Below are positions 24,601-37,194 of a stretch of DNA of 64,000 nt, piece after piece; within the stretch, counting starts at the first letter, position 1; each line of letters opens with the position of its first letter. The stretch comes from Magallana gigas (lineage: Eukaryota). The stretch is from the NCBI RefSeq assembly GCF_963853765.1, contig NC_088859.1, forward strand, positions 46,438,001 through 46,502,000, written 5' to 3'. The translations under genes and the position numbers were made by a program. The notes beneath the pieces were generated by a model. The model made no database searches. It saw only the letters and a list, made by a program, of their open reading frames with translations, and was not told where the DNA came from.

Positions 24601-27600
24601 ACAATGAAGTGCCTTCTTTGGTGATTTATGTAGGTATGAAAGTACGAAGCATAGAGGGGAAAAACTGATTATTTCTACACACTTCAATAAATGAATTTTG
24701 AATTTAAATATACAATTCAAATTAATTTAGTTTGACATAAAAAAAAAAATATACATGTATGCCGGTAATTTTATTTCATTGATTGATAAACCACAGTTAG
24801 CATCATAAGGTGATGGTTAGACATTTTTAATCAGACAAGAACAGTCTGTGGATCCCTTGATATTCTAATATGTATATATGTCTCATTCTAATTATTTTAC
24901 ATTTGTAGGCGTCGTCCTCGCCCGCCCCTGTTTCTGCACAGCCTGCTCCCACGGTGGGGAATCTGATAGACTTGGGCGATGACACATTTGTCCCTAACCC
25001 TCAGCTCGCCCCACAAGTTACAGCACAGATGGCTAACCTTGGTAAAAAAAAAAACCTCTTAATACAAAAAAAAGGATTTGTCTTGGGATTTGTGGGTCTT
25101 ATGCTGCATATAGATAACTGACATGTTTAGATATAAAGTGGACTGTGATTAAAAAATCAATAGAAGTGTAAGGTGCATTGTAAAGGTTTGTTAAGTATAG
25201 TATATTTTGCAGACATAGGAAGCAATTCAACTGCCACTTCAGGCCACAATGATGATGACTTTGATATGTTTGCCCAATCAAGGAAATCTTTTGAGACAAA
25301 CAAACAGGCAATGGGGTGAGTGTACAGGGATGAACTAGTTCTCAGATTGAAGTGAAATTGAATAAATGTACAGTTATAAAATCTAGGAAAAAAAATGAAA
25401 ATTGAAACTTGTAATATTTGTTAAGTGTTACTTTTAAACCAGATCTGTTATACGCCAAGTATTTTACATTAATTAACATATATTGCAGAAGTTACGCAAA
25501 CCAGCAGGAGGACCAGTTTAACAAGGGTGGTTTAGGAACTGTGGTCAACTCCAGAAACAATGTGAGTTATGCTTATAGAAATAATTAGTACATAGGAAAT
25601 ATCTCAGTACAAAGGAAATATCTCAATACACAAACCAAAGCTTTTTTTATGTTTTTGTGTATGGCAAATGCATTTAATATTGAATAATGAAATGCTATGC
25701 ATTTACAGTTTACGAAGGAGGAGGATGTGTTGAAGGTAATTTTGGTGATGTAGTGGTTGGAGTATAGTGTTCATCTGCCTTATTTATTTGCTTAATTTAC
25801 TCATTTTTCTCAGTCAACAGATTGTGTGCTGAATTCTGAAAATTCTTCTTTGTATTTAACAATATCTGTTATTTAACTATTCTCTTGATTATCTAAATTC
25901 AAGGGAAATAATTCATTAAGTGTGCTCTACTGACACTCTTTTCAAGTAACTTTTAATTTACTTTAATTTTTTGCATAATTCAAGAAAAGTCATATGTTAT
26001 TAATATACAAATCAAATGAATTGAATTTTTACAATAGAAGGGGGTGTTTTATGAGATAAAAATTTTGATAATTTTCAAAAAATAAGAAATTATGTTCTTA
26101 TCATACTGAATTACCCTGGTAATTTATTATGAAAAGCTTTGTGAGGTGATATAGCTAGTGACAATGTTAATGTTGTTAACTATTTCCCACTGTTCTTTCC
26201 AACAAAATTGATTAGGTTTTGATGTAAGATGCAATGTTCATCATTTGCAGTTTTTCACTGCTTGTACTAACATTTCTAACAACTTTAAACCATCTTTTCA
26301 TCTACCCTTAGCTTAATTTGGCACTAGGTTCTATAGTTGGTTGAACTAATATGGTAAAAAAAAATCTGGTTATAGCGTAAATAATAAGAATTAGCAGTGT
26401 CATCACATTTGTGATTGGTCCTGTTGGGCCTGATAACCACAATGTTCATTACTCGTAACTTACGCTACTAGTTCTAATCAACACGGTTACGTAGTTATTA
26501 ATAGTAGCAGATTGATTGACACATGTGTATGTTACAGCTAACGAGAGAAGAGGAGGAGGTACTTAAGGTAACACGTCATGCATGTAGCATGGTCACATGG
26601 CCAGTCACACTGGTCAGGTCCATAGTCAAGACGAGAATCACCCACAGAGTTTAACATTGTGTTTTATTTGCATTAACCATGCAGAGTATAAGCAGAGTCA
26701 GTTTTTCACTCACTTTTGAATTGAAGCTAGATTTTTGTTTTATTTTTTTGTTTGTTTAAGATGCAGCTATTTAGGAGTGAGACATTATGAACTTGTGTAC
26801 CCAGATATGTAAATACATGTATTACACATTGTGTGATGAATATATAAATTCAAACTTTGACATTCTGTAGTGCTTGAAATTAATATTAATTTTAACATCC
26901 ATGGAAAATGATATACTAATTCTTTATTTTCAATTATTTTATGTTGTATCATGCATTTATTTAGAAGGGCATGATTTAGTTGACATCTAAACAAACAAAT
27001 ACTATGAAGTCAGGATCTCTTGTTAAAGTATTATTATTTGTCAAATGCTCTGAAAATTCAATTTGTGTAGCATTTTATGAATTGTTGTTCAAAAATTTCT
27101 ATTGGAAAATTGTTTCAATTTTAAGTCTGGGCTATTTTTTAAAAAAAGTTTATAAGTAAAATTTACATTGAACTAAAAATTTACAAATTATAAGATAACA
27201 GAAAATAATACCGGTATATTCTGACAACATTAGACATATTTTGAAGGTTCAAATTGAAACCAATGTATAAAGCTTTCTAAATAATGAATAACAGAGAATT
27301 CAGCATGATGTAAAGAAATAATTTAACAGACTGTCTTGTTCATTAGTGATATACACGAGAAATCTAGGTGACATTTGAAATACTGTGGTTTCATTAATAT
27401 TCAAGGGTATCAATTTTCGTGGAAAAAGTGAAAATCACAGTTTCAAGGATATGTAAATTCGTGGCCAATGACCCTATCAATACAAAATGTTAATAGATAT
27501 TGCACTTCAGTGTACATTAAATTTCGTGGATCAACTTAACAACGAAATCCACGAAAATTGGTATTCAACGAATATTGATGAAACCACAGTACTGTTTGTA

Positions 27601-29637
27601 AATGACTTTTACCAATATGTCCGTCTGAGTTTTATGTTTTGTTTAAGGTAGCCACTGCTTTTTTTTTTTTTGCTGCATGCAGTGTTTGAAGAGGAAATGA
27701 ACTGTGATCTTTGTGATCACAGGATACATGGTGGTTTCTGGTAGTCTTCAGATTATTGTTATGCTGCTAGAATGACAGCCAAAAGCCTTTACAAGCTTTG
27801 GTGACCATGTCAAGGAACACATGGAACCTGTGAAGAAATACATATAAAATACATGTACATGGAACATGTGAAAAAATACATATAAAATACATGGAACATG
27901 TGAAGAAATACATATAAAATACATGTACATGGAACATGTGAAAAAATACATATAAAATACATGGAACATGTGAAGAAATACATATAAAATACATGGAACA
28001 TGTGAAGAAATACATATAAAATACATGGAACATGTGAAGAAGTACATTAAAAAATTACATGGAACATGTAAAGGAATACATATAAAATACATGGAACATG
28101 TGAAGAAGTACATTAAAAAATTACATGGAACATGTAAAGGAATACATATAAAATACATGGAACATGTGAAGAAGTACATTAAAAAATTACATGGAACATG
28201 TAAAGGAACATCTACTTGTCATCGCTACCTTCAGTCTTGTACATGTCTTCTATGTAGATCATGAAATGTTTAGTAGCTAGTTGTGAATGACATTTAGATT
28301 TAGCTCACTCCATGTATGTACATGTACTTTTGAATATTTAGGTACTATAGTTATTACAATTCTTAATTGTTAAAAATTGCGTATATTATTACATGCATAA
28401 CAGATTAATTTAGTATTGATGACTTTAATTTTTATGCCCTGTATATGATTTTTATGGATTTTTTTTGTAGTTACAAGACAAAGAAACTGATTATGATGAG
28501 ATGGAACAGTGGTTAACAGCTGAACAGAAAGCCAGCGTAAGTACATAGATAGACTTGGAACACAAATTAAGAGCTTTTGGGGTTAATAGGTCAAAATGGA
28601 CAAAACAGTTACAGAAACAGTGATAAATGTGAAGGGTTAAAGAGAAGGGCCACCTTAAGAGCTACCAGTACATGTACTGTAGTGTGGGTTACCTACATTG
28701 ACCTTGATAAGCACTCGGCTAGGTCCACATAATATTTTTGAAATTATTTAATAATACACTATTGAGGGTGTTTTATTCTATGTTTCATAATTCTTTTGTT
28801 TTACAGTTGAATGAACATAAAAACCAGCAAAAGGATTCATTATCCAGTTCAGGTAGGCCAAGTAGATATTATATCATTAATATCAGGGCAGTAAAAATCA
28901 GAGACTGTTCATTTAAGGTTGTCCATCCATAACTATCATATTTCATATCTAATAGATTGCAAGCTTAATCATTAAAATCTTAGTGTGGTTTTTAGGAGTT
29001 TATTAAATAATAAAGATTCATCATTGAAAATTAAAAAAAAAAATTATATTTATAAATTTATTGTATGTTGAAGTTAACATTGAAGTCTATGGGAGAAATG
29101 CATTTTTTAAGTATATTTCTTTAGAACAAGCAATTTTCTTACATTTCTCTTGGTAAAAAGTTACAAAAGCTTTCCCTTTCTTCGAATATCCTAAAATAAT
29201 TAATAGTTTACCATACATATTTTCAGAAAGTGATTTTAAAAAATTTTCCTGAAGGGTAGACAACTCTTTAAAAAAAATTTGAAGTGCAAAAAGTTCATTT
29301 AATTGACTACATAATAGTACATACACCCAAGTTTGGTTTATGTCAGCCTCATAATAGCTTTAAAATATGTATTTGATGCATTATTGATTAATCAAAATTG
29401 TTAAATTCGCCTTAGTTAGCAGCGTTTATTACCGAAATTTATGTTTTGATTTGTCATTAACTCTTCAGGGATGTATTTTCAATTCTGAACGAGGGCTGTT
29501 TTCTTTCAGAATTCGATTCATTTCTGGCAGATAGGGCTCAGGCAGCTGACACCCTACCAAGCATAGCAGCTGCCACAGGTCAAAGGTCAAGAAAACTACA
29601 AAAAGATGACGAGGAGAACCCATTATTTGCATTGTAA
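18658..29637 (+). CDS. TOM1L2: TOM1-family endosomal adaptor (VHS-GAT), TOM1L2/TOM1 ortholog
   Basis: Exons 18658-18715, 19460-19544, 19850-19934, 20269-20415, 20500-20634 (VHS: [35 protein letters not shown]), 21873-21926, 24032-24302 and 24388-24539 (GAT: [34 protein letters not shown]), 24909-25041 (NLIDL clathrin box), 25213-25315 (DFDMFAQSR), 25489-25561, optional microexons, 28471-28536 (MEQWL), 28807-28852, 29510-29637 ([10 protein letters not shown]...LFAL*). Confidence 0.94.
20835..21773. mobile_element. Kolobok-like non-autonomous transposon carrying an inverted TOM1L2 exon copy
   Basis: ttaa|agctgcttggcccgatttt ... aaaatcggaccaagcagct|ttaa (TIR with one mismatch, TTAA TSD). Confidence 0.85.
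20975..21252 (-). pseudogene. Inverted genomic copy of TOM1L2 GAT exon 24388-24539 with flanking intron sequence
   Basis: Reverse complement of about 24366-24644, including acceptor, exon, donor and ~100 bp of downstream intron. Flanked by the 27-bp direct repeat tttcaaataatgccaaatttcaatgaa (20943-20969 and 21261-21287). Confidence 0.92.
25709..25735 (+). CDS. Candidate 27-nt TOM1L2 microexon (FTKEEDVLK)
   Basis: tgctatgcatttacag|TTTACGAAGGAGGAGGATGTGTTGAAG|gtaat; phase 0/0. Confidence 0.65.
26538..26567 (+). CDS. Candidate 30-nt TOM1L2 microexon ([10 protein letters not shown])
   Basis: gttacag|CTAACGAGAGAAGAGGAGGAGGTACTTAAG|gtaac; phase 0/0; TGCATG at 26579-26584. Confidence 0.65.
27383..27589. 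mobile_element. Tc1/mariner-like MITE
   Basis: ta|ctgtggtttcattaatattc ... gaatattgatgaaaccacag|ta. Confidence 0.75.
27820..28208 (+). repeat. Intronic minisatellite, 12 units of 32-38 bp
   Basis: catggaac starts at 27820, 27858, 27890, 27928, 27960, 27992, 28024, 28058, 28090, 28124, 28156 and 28190. Confidence 0.95.
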
Positions 29638-32158
29638 TTTATGAACCAAGAGTGAGCGTGCGTGTGGAGTGTGTTGAGAGAGTTACTATCTAAGACTCAA
29701 TAATGATCACATGATTGCTGTAACAAGTCACATGATTACAGTGAGAGATCACATGGTCCCAATATGGCTGTACAATATGCCAGACCATGGAAACCTGCAT
29801 GTTAGTCAAGTCCGTATTAACTACTTCTTTTCAAATAATACTGTAAATCTTGGTTTCAAAACTACTTGTTAAGTTATTGCCCATATTCCTTCAATTTTAT
29901 AATTGAAATTAAACTATAGAAAAGTGTACAGCATTATACTTAAATGTTACAACAATTCAGATACTTGTATCATTATCATTTCAAAAACTTTTTTTTTTTT
30001 TAATAGAAGTGTTTACATATATATATAAATCAAGTGTAAGAATGTTCTTGTGTTTCTACTACTAAGTAATCTTGTTGTGGAAAGTTGTACCAAATGTGCT
30101 TCCATAAAGAGAAGACATTTGAGAGGTGGCATAATTTTTGTACAAGAAAACTCATTGTCATTTCATTCTAATAAATTGAATTTTCTTTGGTTATCATGGC
30201 AAAGATAAGTCAGGAATTTATAGAAAATGCTTTTCAATTGCACTGTAATTAACAAGAAGCGAATGTCTTGAGTGTATCAGGACCTTAATGATACATGTAG
30301 TTACATTTCAATATTTTTAGTCGGACAAACACAGTCTTTCCTATCCTACTGTATCAATGCAAACGATGACAAAGTAACTAACAATGATGATTAACTTCAT
30401 AACTAATAGTTGATGTTGAAGTTTAATACATGATGTTTTCACTCCAGATGTCATTTTGAAAATGACAAGGTGCAGTTGAAGAAATCCTTAACAAACTGGA
30501 GTTTTTAAAGTTTATTATAATAATGAACTTATTTAGGTTCTGTAGGTTGATCCTATTAGATCTCTGTCAAATAAGGAATGCACTCTGTACCGACATGAAG
30601 ACTGCAGTCAGTCTATGTCTATACTATCAATTACACGAATGGAAGGCTGCATTTGTGAAATGTTCTTTTCATTGATGATCATTTATTTAAGGTATTTTCC
30701 ACACAGATCATTACATGTGAAAGTTGGTTCTGAAGTAAATCACATATTTATTCAAGATGATTCGCTTAAGCAATGCCAAAAGCTTGTAGCATGTTTATTA
30801 CAAGACCTTACTAAATATTGATTAATAGCTTTTATCACAGAGAACAAAAATTAGCTTATCAGTAATTGATATATCGAATTTAATTTTTGTAAACAAATAA
30901 CTATTTGATAATAGTACGTATTTCAATATTACAATCATTATGATAATGGAATTTAGAAATACATTACCGCCATATCGTTTTGACTGTGCATTAATCATAT
31001 TTATGTTGTTTAATTTTTCAACCTTATAGAAAACATTTACTTGTGTTAAAATCTTGTATAATTTAAAACTTGTAGGAAGTAAATTTTGTAGTAATTTGTA
31101 CTCATTTGTAAGTGTCAAAAACACTTAACTATTTATCATGATGTTAAAAATTAAAGAATATTTGTTAAACCTTACATTGCTTTTATTTCGTTATTGTTTA
31201 ATCCGGGCAATCGTTCTGTTAAAAGTCCACGGACACTTTGACGAAATAATAATCTAAGACAAACCCTTGAATAATCTAAATTGACGTAAGGATTTGCCTC
31301 TGGTGGAATTTTAAAATTTTCTAACACTACGAATAGCTTAAACGCACAAAATCTGCGTAGAAAGCATGCCGAATTGTTCAGAGAAGGCTCATTCGTTTAA
31401 TTGCAAATTGGAATGGCTCGGTGGACTAAATTGACGTTCGATGTAAAACGTTCGATAACACAATAAAAGTTCTACTTGTTCTTATAGTAACGTAAACAAG
31501 AAAAGAAACTTTCTGGTGTCCGTATTTTGCAAAATTCATCATGCGCGGGCTCCCAGGAATTTTTACGGCGTTTTTCCTCAAAGTTGTTGAATGCATGAAT
31601 ACAGTAGGGAACACGCTTTTCTCATTCTGCCATTTGACAAATTTCTGAACACTGTCCTTACTAGAGGTAACAGTTGTCAAACACGATGCTTTGTTTTGAC
31701 TGATGTATCAATAAAATGGTGTGAAATTTCAGAATAACGTTTTGCGTGTGATCGTGCTATTTCAAATCAACAACAACGTAGGCAAAGCAAAACTTTTACA
31801 ATTGGAAATTTTATTATAAAATTAATAAAAAAAAATATTGAGTACAAAAATACTTTAAAATTCAATCTGGTTAAAACATTGTCTTTCATATATTGCAGAA
31901 GCAACACGATATTTTGTGTAGTAACAATATAACATATATACTGTTCAAACAAGGGATACATGTAAATATGAACACACACAAACATTACAAACTACATATA
32001 ATACGACAATATAGTGAAAAGTCATAATTGTTAAACAACAATGCAAACATCGCATAATATATATACTTCGGTACGAACTGTGGAATTAAAATGCTAGTTC
32101 TGTCATTTTGATTATGATGTTATCCGATATCCTGTTCTGTTCTACTAATTTGTTGAGA

Positions 32159-34567
32159 TCAGTAAAGAATCATTTCACCGTCGTTTTGGTCACGCTTACT
32201 GGCGCTAAGGTGCACGACCGCTTCATCCTCCGGAAAATCCATGATTCCGCCTGTGGTCTTGTCTTCCTCCATTGGCTGCCGTTCTAACGTCAGCTCGATT
32301 TCGTCTGCCGTCACCGTCTGTCCAATACCATTGCTCTGAGATGGGCCGGTATTGATGCCGCCCCCGTTTGCAATTTGGGATGTCCTTAAAATTTCTGTAA
32401 CAATTACCTCATCCTCTTCTTCACCGAAGTTTATCTGACCAGCCTGGAATTGGAGTAGAATATATATTTTTTTACTTTTTTAAAATTTTGAAATGGTTTT
32501 TGCAAATTTCATTTTTTTAGGGAGGGGGATCATAGATAAGGGATATGGTACTAGTATATAACAACCGGTTACCTTTTCTTCATATCCTGTTGGTGAGCTG
32601 CAAAGTAAAGATATCCATGTCAAGTTTGGCAACCATTTTTATATGTATATTGAAATGTTAAAAGTGTTGCAAAATAAACATTTAAAAGCTCTATACTCAC
32701 TTTGCTTGGGTCCAGCTATCTGTAACAAAAGAGTAAAAGATGATTCAATGACACCTTATTTATTGGCAGTTAAGTCCAGACCGCGACTAACAGTATACTG
32801 TAAATACCTGAAGGTTTTACAGCACTGTAAACAGCAGGAGCTCCATTCTGTGATTTTGAGACAATCACCCCCCTTTGTGTAGACGGCCGGGATCCGGGAC
32901 GGGATGAATTTTGATTGGATAAGGGAATATGCTGGACTCCATTTTGTTGTGGAGGGAAATCATACTTGGGTTTGATAGGCCTGGGTCTCTTGGTTCTCCC
33001 TCGCCAGTTTTGGTATTGAGGGAACCAGTGATTCCTAAGAAACACCAAATGAATAAACATGATGTATAAAAATTGTGAAAACTACGTAAAAATATGTATT
33101 ACTTATATAATTCAAGAAAAAGTGCACTGACCATGTAACAACCAGGACCAGCATCACAATCATGGCCACGAAAGCAAAGAAGGAAACGATGGAGGCCGCC
33201 ACAAGCCCCCCGACATTGTAGTTGTCCCCAAGCGACCCTGTGAAATACAAGTTTAAAGATCAAATATTTTCTAAAGACATGANNNNNNNNNNNNNNNNNN
33301 NNNNNNNNNNNNNNNNNNNNNNNNNNNNNNNNNNNNNNNNNNNNNNNNNNNNNNNNNNNNNNNNNNNNNNNNNNNNNNNNNNNNNNNNNNNNNNNNNNNN
33401 NNNNNNNNNNNNNNNNNNNNNNNNNNNNNNNNGCACACAGACCATTGAAGATCTATATAAAAGATTTTTTAAATATTAATAGACATTTGATTCGTTTATC
33501 TAACATGCTGAATTGAAGTTTCCAATTTTTACTATTCAAGAGTATAATGTTTCATAGAACACAGAGAACACACCTATCGCGTGTAACATTTGGGATGACT
33601 GCATTTCCAAAGTGTTCTTTTTTTTCTTTTTTCTTTTTTACAGATACAATTACAGTGGCTCCCATGCATTGTTAATCCTTTATATTGTGTCAAATTCTGT
33701 GATTATGTTGTTTTTTTAATTGTGTCACACTTTAAGGATTTAAAAATTTCAACTCCATTTGGAACTTGCAAAACTAGGCCACTGTCTGGTCGTCAAATAG
33801 CTTTTAAAAAGATTTCAAGGATAAACAGCAAAACCAGAAACTTAATTCTGTTAGTAAATAAGCCGATGAAATGATACCGGTCTCTGGCGTACCTCATACA
33901 TTGATATGTTTAATGCTGCATACAGAAACTGAAAGATAACCGTTATAAACGACCATGAATCCGAAAATACCCAAAATTCAACACTTGGGGAAATTGGATG
34001 TCTCTTGGACTCTTATGTTCTTGGTTAAGAGAGAAGTCTTCCAAAATAATGCTTAATTTACTCACAGAACACGCTCTCTGACTCTTAATTTTATGCATAC
34101 AGTCATTAAACCCCAAATGACAGCTTATCTGCAGATTTGCAGTTCTGCAGCTAATGACAGAGAAACCTTGCTCGATGTCAAGTGTGTAGTACTACTGCTA
34201 TTTATTCTACCTTACAAATACAGAAGGAATGCTTCAATAATGAATAAACATGTCCAGTGATCGACTTGCACTGATCGATAATTCAGCGCTGAACGCCATA
34301 CATGGTGCAAGAACCGGTCTATAATGTGTAGGAATATCTGATTAAAACACCGATCGACTTTTTCCTATATATTCTAAATATACAACTTATATGTAAATCT
34401 TGATAAAAGAGTTTAAAGGGCAAACCTCCCCAGTCTGTACAAGAAACGGGTAATTACAAATATTGGTCAATATTTCAGAAAAGTGCAATGTCAGAATAAA
34501 CAACTAACTTACCAGGTAAAATTGAAAGGATTACCACTACACAGGTAAGTAAAGAACTCTCCGCCAT
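32159..34567 (-). CDS. Uncharacterised type I single-pass membrane protein (~238 aa if no exon is hidden in the gap)
   Basis: GT-AG exons 34567-34513 (signal peptide MAESSLLTCVVVILSILPG), 33237-33132 (TM: GLVAASIVSFFAFVAMIVMLVLVVTW), 33034-32808, 32719-32701, 32597-32573, 32443-32159 (acidic tail ending MILY*). Phases are compatible; total 717 nt. No family recognised. Confidence 0.7.
33283..33432. other. Assembly gap (150 N)
   Basis: Run of n characters inside intron 1 of the membrane-protein gene. Confidence 1.
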
Positions 34568-36787
34568 GTCTCCAGCTGGATTTCACTGCGGTGTAGCCGT
34601 CCTACCCACCCTGTGATCTCAATAGTTCATTGGCGGTTATAGAGAAGTCTAATACAACATCCTGAATGAAACGCCCAGCACCTATACCGTACAGCGATCG
34701 CGAGCACTGAAGCAAGGAGTCTCCCTTATGAACGTAAATATTTAAATCTCGACACTTCTGCAGTTCTTAACAAAACAAGTTTTAGAGAAGCATGACCGGT
34801 TCAGTTATTCTTGTCGGGTCATAGCCAACATACCAAAATTTTTACTCAAAAAGTTGCACTTTTATCCAAAATTGATAAACTTGTAACAGTATTTAATTTC
34901 ATTTAGGGCAAAATCCATATCCACCCCACCCCCCTCCCCAATAAAAACTGCATCGAATTGATCATGTGTATAGAACATATCTACTTGTTTAAATTGTGTA
35001 CCTGTTGTCACTTCCTTGTTAAATTCAATGCATGCTTAGGTAACCTTATTGATTGACGACAATGGGAATAACTCTGGGGTAATATGAATCCGCGTGCGAC
35101 CATTTAACCTACACAGAACGATTTTTTCTATTTCTATCGCAACACTTAATAAATTTAATCAACACTTTTAATCTCAAAAATAATAATTTGGAAAGACCAA
35201 ATTAACACAGAAGAAACAAACTCCGTCAACCAATTGCAATCGCCCATCTCAGTCTAGCTTTATGTTCCTAAACCCCCTGTGAATAAGCAAAGACTGCCCC
35301 TCCTCAGTGTGCAATCAAAAGATTAAGATGTTTTAAAAATATATTGTTATTATAAAGGCGGGTGGTTGGGTTGGTGTGAGGTGGGAGGGGGGGGGGGGGG
35401 GTATGAAACTATTTATAGAAGTATATGCGTGGTAAATTCCATTATATTTGGTAGTTCCAAGTTTCATTGATATATCGAAACTGAAACAGTTTCCGAGTTG
35501 TTGACAGTTCTATTACGAACAGTACAACATTCTCTGTGGATGCAACTGTTTGGGAATAATGAAAAACTTTGATAATATATATACACCTTCTAAACTCTTT
35601 GCATATCTATTGTGTAAACAATAATTCCGTAAATCCAGCGATAAAAAAAAAAATAAAGACTGCACTTTCAGTTTTAAGGTAAAACTTTTTGAAACTCATT
35701 AATAGTATATGTATTATGTAAAGCATAAAAGCATAAGTTAAACACTTTTCTTTTATATACTTCACACGAAAATTATATAAAAATTGAAAAACCGACATAT
35801 TAATAGTTTCTTTTGAAATCCGAAAGGTACAAAATGTTTCCACACGAGTACCCATGAACAAAAAAATCGAAAAATGTTTCGTCGAAGAGGACGTACACAA
35901 TCCTATATTACTAGCAACGAAAATATAACATTTTAAAACTATATTATTATTCCTTTAATTATTACATAAAGATAGTATCTTTTCCAAAAATTACATAGAA
36001 TTTGATATTTATTCTGAGTCACAAAAGGTTACAGATTAATGCTATAAGTATATACAGGAAGTCTTTATTTTAAAATGGTAGGCATTTTGTTTTGATCTTC
36101 GTTAAAGTCAATATGAGGTTTTTTTGCAGAATTAAAATTCTTTTTGGATATCAGACTTGTAAATCCGCTCCTCTACGATATGCTTTTCAAGTATAGGAGC
36201 GAATAAACAATTCTAATGGCTCTAACAGAATTTATAAAGTTACTCACCACTAAAGGGAATGAATGAACTTGTTTTGATGAGAAATGTGTTATGATAATTT
36301 TGAAAGGACTTAAATCTGAAAAACAACTGATAAATAAGATTATAAAATTTGATTCGTTTCGTTTATCAGAAGAAACAAATATGTACATTGGATTATACTG
36401 AAACTAATTTGTGTACAGGACATCATTAGTATTGTGTATTTTTGTTTTATATTTCCTTCTAGTTAGATTCTCCCGCAAAATATGATAAACAGGGTATATT
36501 AACTAATTCCTGATTATATTTTTTATTACATTTGAAAATTTATATGTTACAAAGAATTCGGACATGAAAAATGCAGCTTAAATTGCTCTACAGTTGGCAA
36601 CACAGCTGAATGATTAAATGATATATTAACAGATAAATCAGTACAGATAGTGTGGGAAATAAAAAACAACAACTTGTTAATGTGAAACAGAATGTGAGCA
36701 AAAAAAATCTACAAAATGGCGTCTGTTCTATTATTAGAAAGTTGATATCTACTAGTATGTCATCAATGCCTAAATCAGTTTATAATA

Positions 36788-37131
36788 CAGGCACGTAGCA
36801 TCGATTTTGAAAGTGGGGGGGGGGGACAGACTCATCCAAAAAATCTTGACAAGCAAAAAAAAAAAAAAAAAAAAAAAAGGAAAATTTTAAGTTTCCCAAA
36901 ATCTTCAAAATCCTAATCCGGGGGGGGGGGGGGGGGGGGGCGTTCTATATAACTTCAATTTCACTCCTCATTTTCTTATTTACATATCAATTTTTTACAT
37001 ACTCCCAAAAAAGTGGGGGGGGGGGGGCCAACTCCATGACAATTCCATTTTCTATATGTAAATTTTAAAAAAATTATTGCTGCGAGAAAAAGTGGGGGGG
37101 GGGGGCAGGTCCCCCTGGTGCTACGTGCCTG
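36788..37131 (+). mobile_element. G-tract-rich MITE, TIR CAGGCACGTAGCA, 5-bp TSD
   Basis: taata|caggcacgtagca ... tgctacgtgcctg|taata. Confidence 0.85.
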
Positions 37132-37194
37132 TAATATACTAATCCCGTAATGCATCAGTAGTTTACAAGTATCTTGCTTCCTTAAAACTAATTC

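Noticed and set aside
27748-28264. Four Cys/Met/Tyr-rich ORFs
   Set aside because: Translations of the intronic minisatellite; no splice or domain support.
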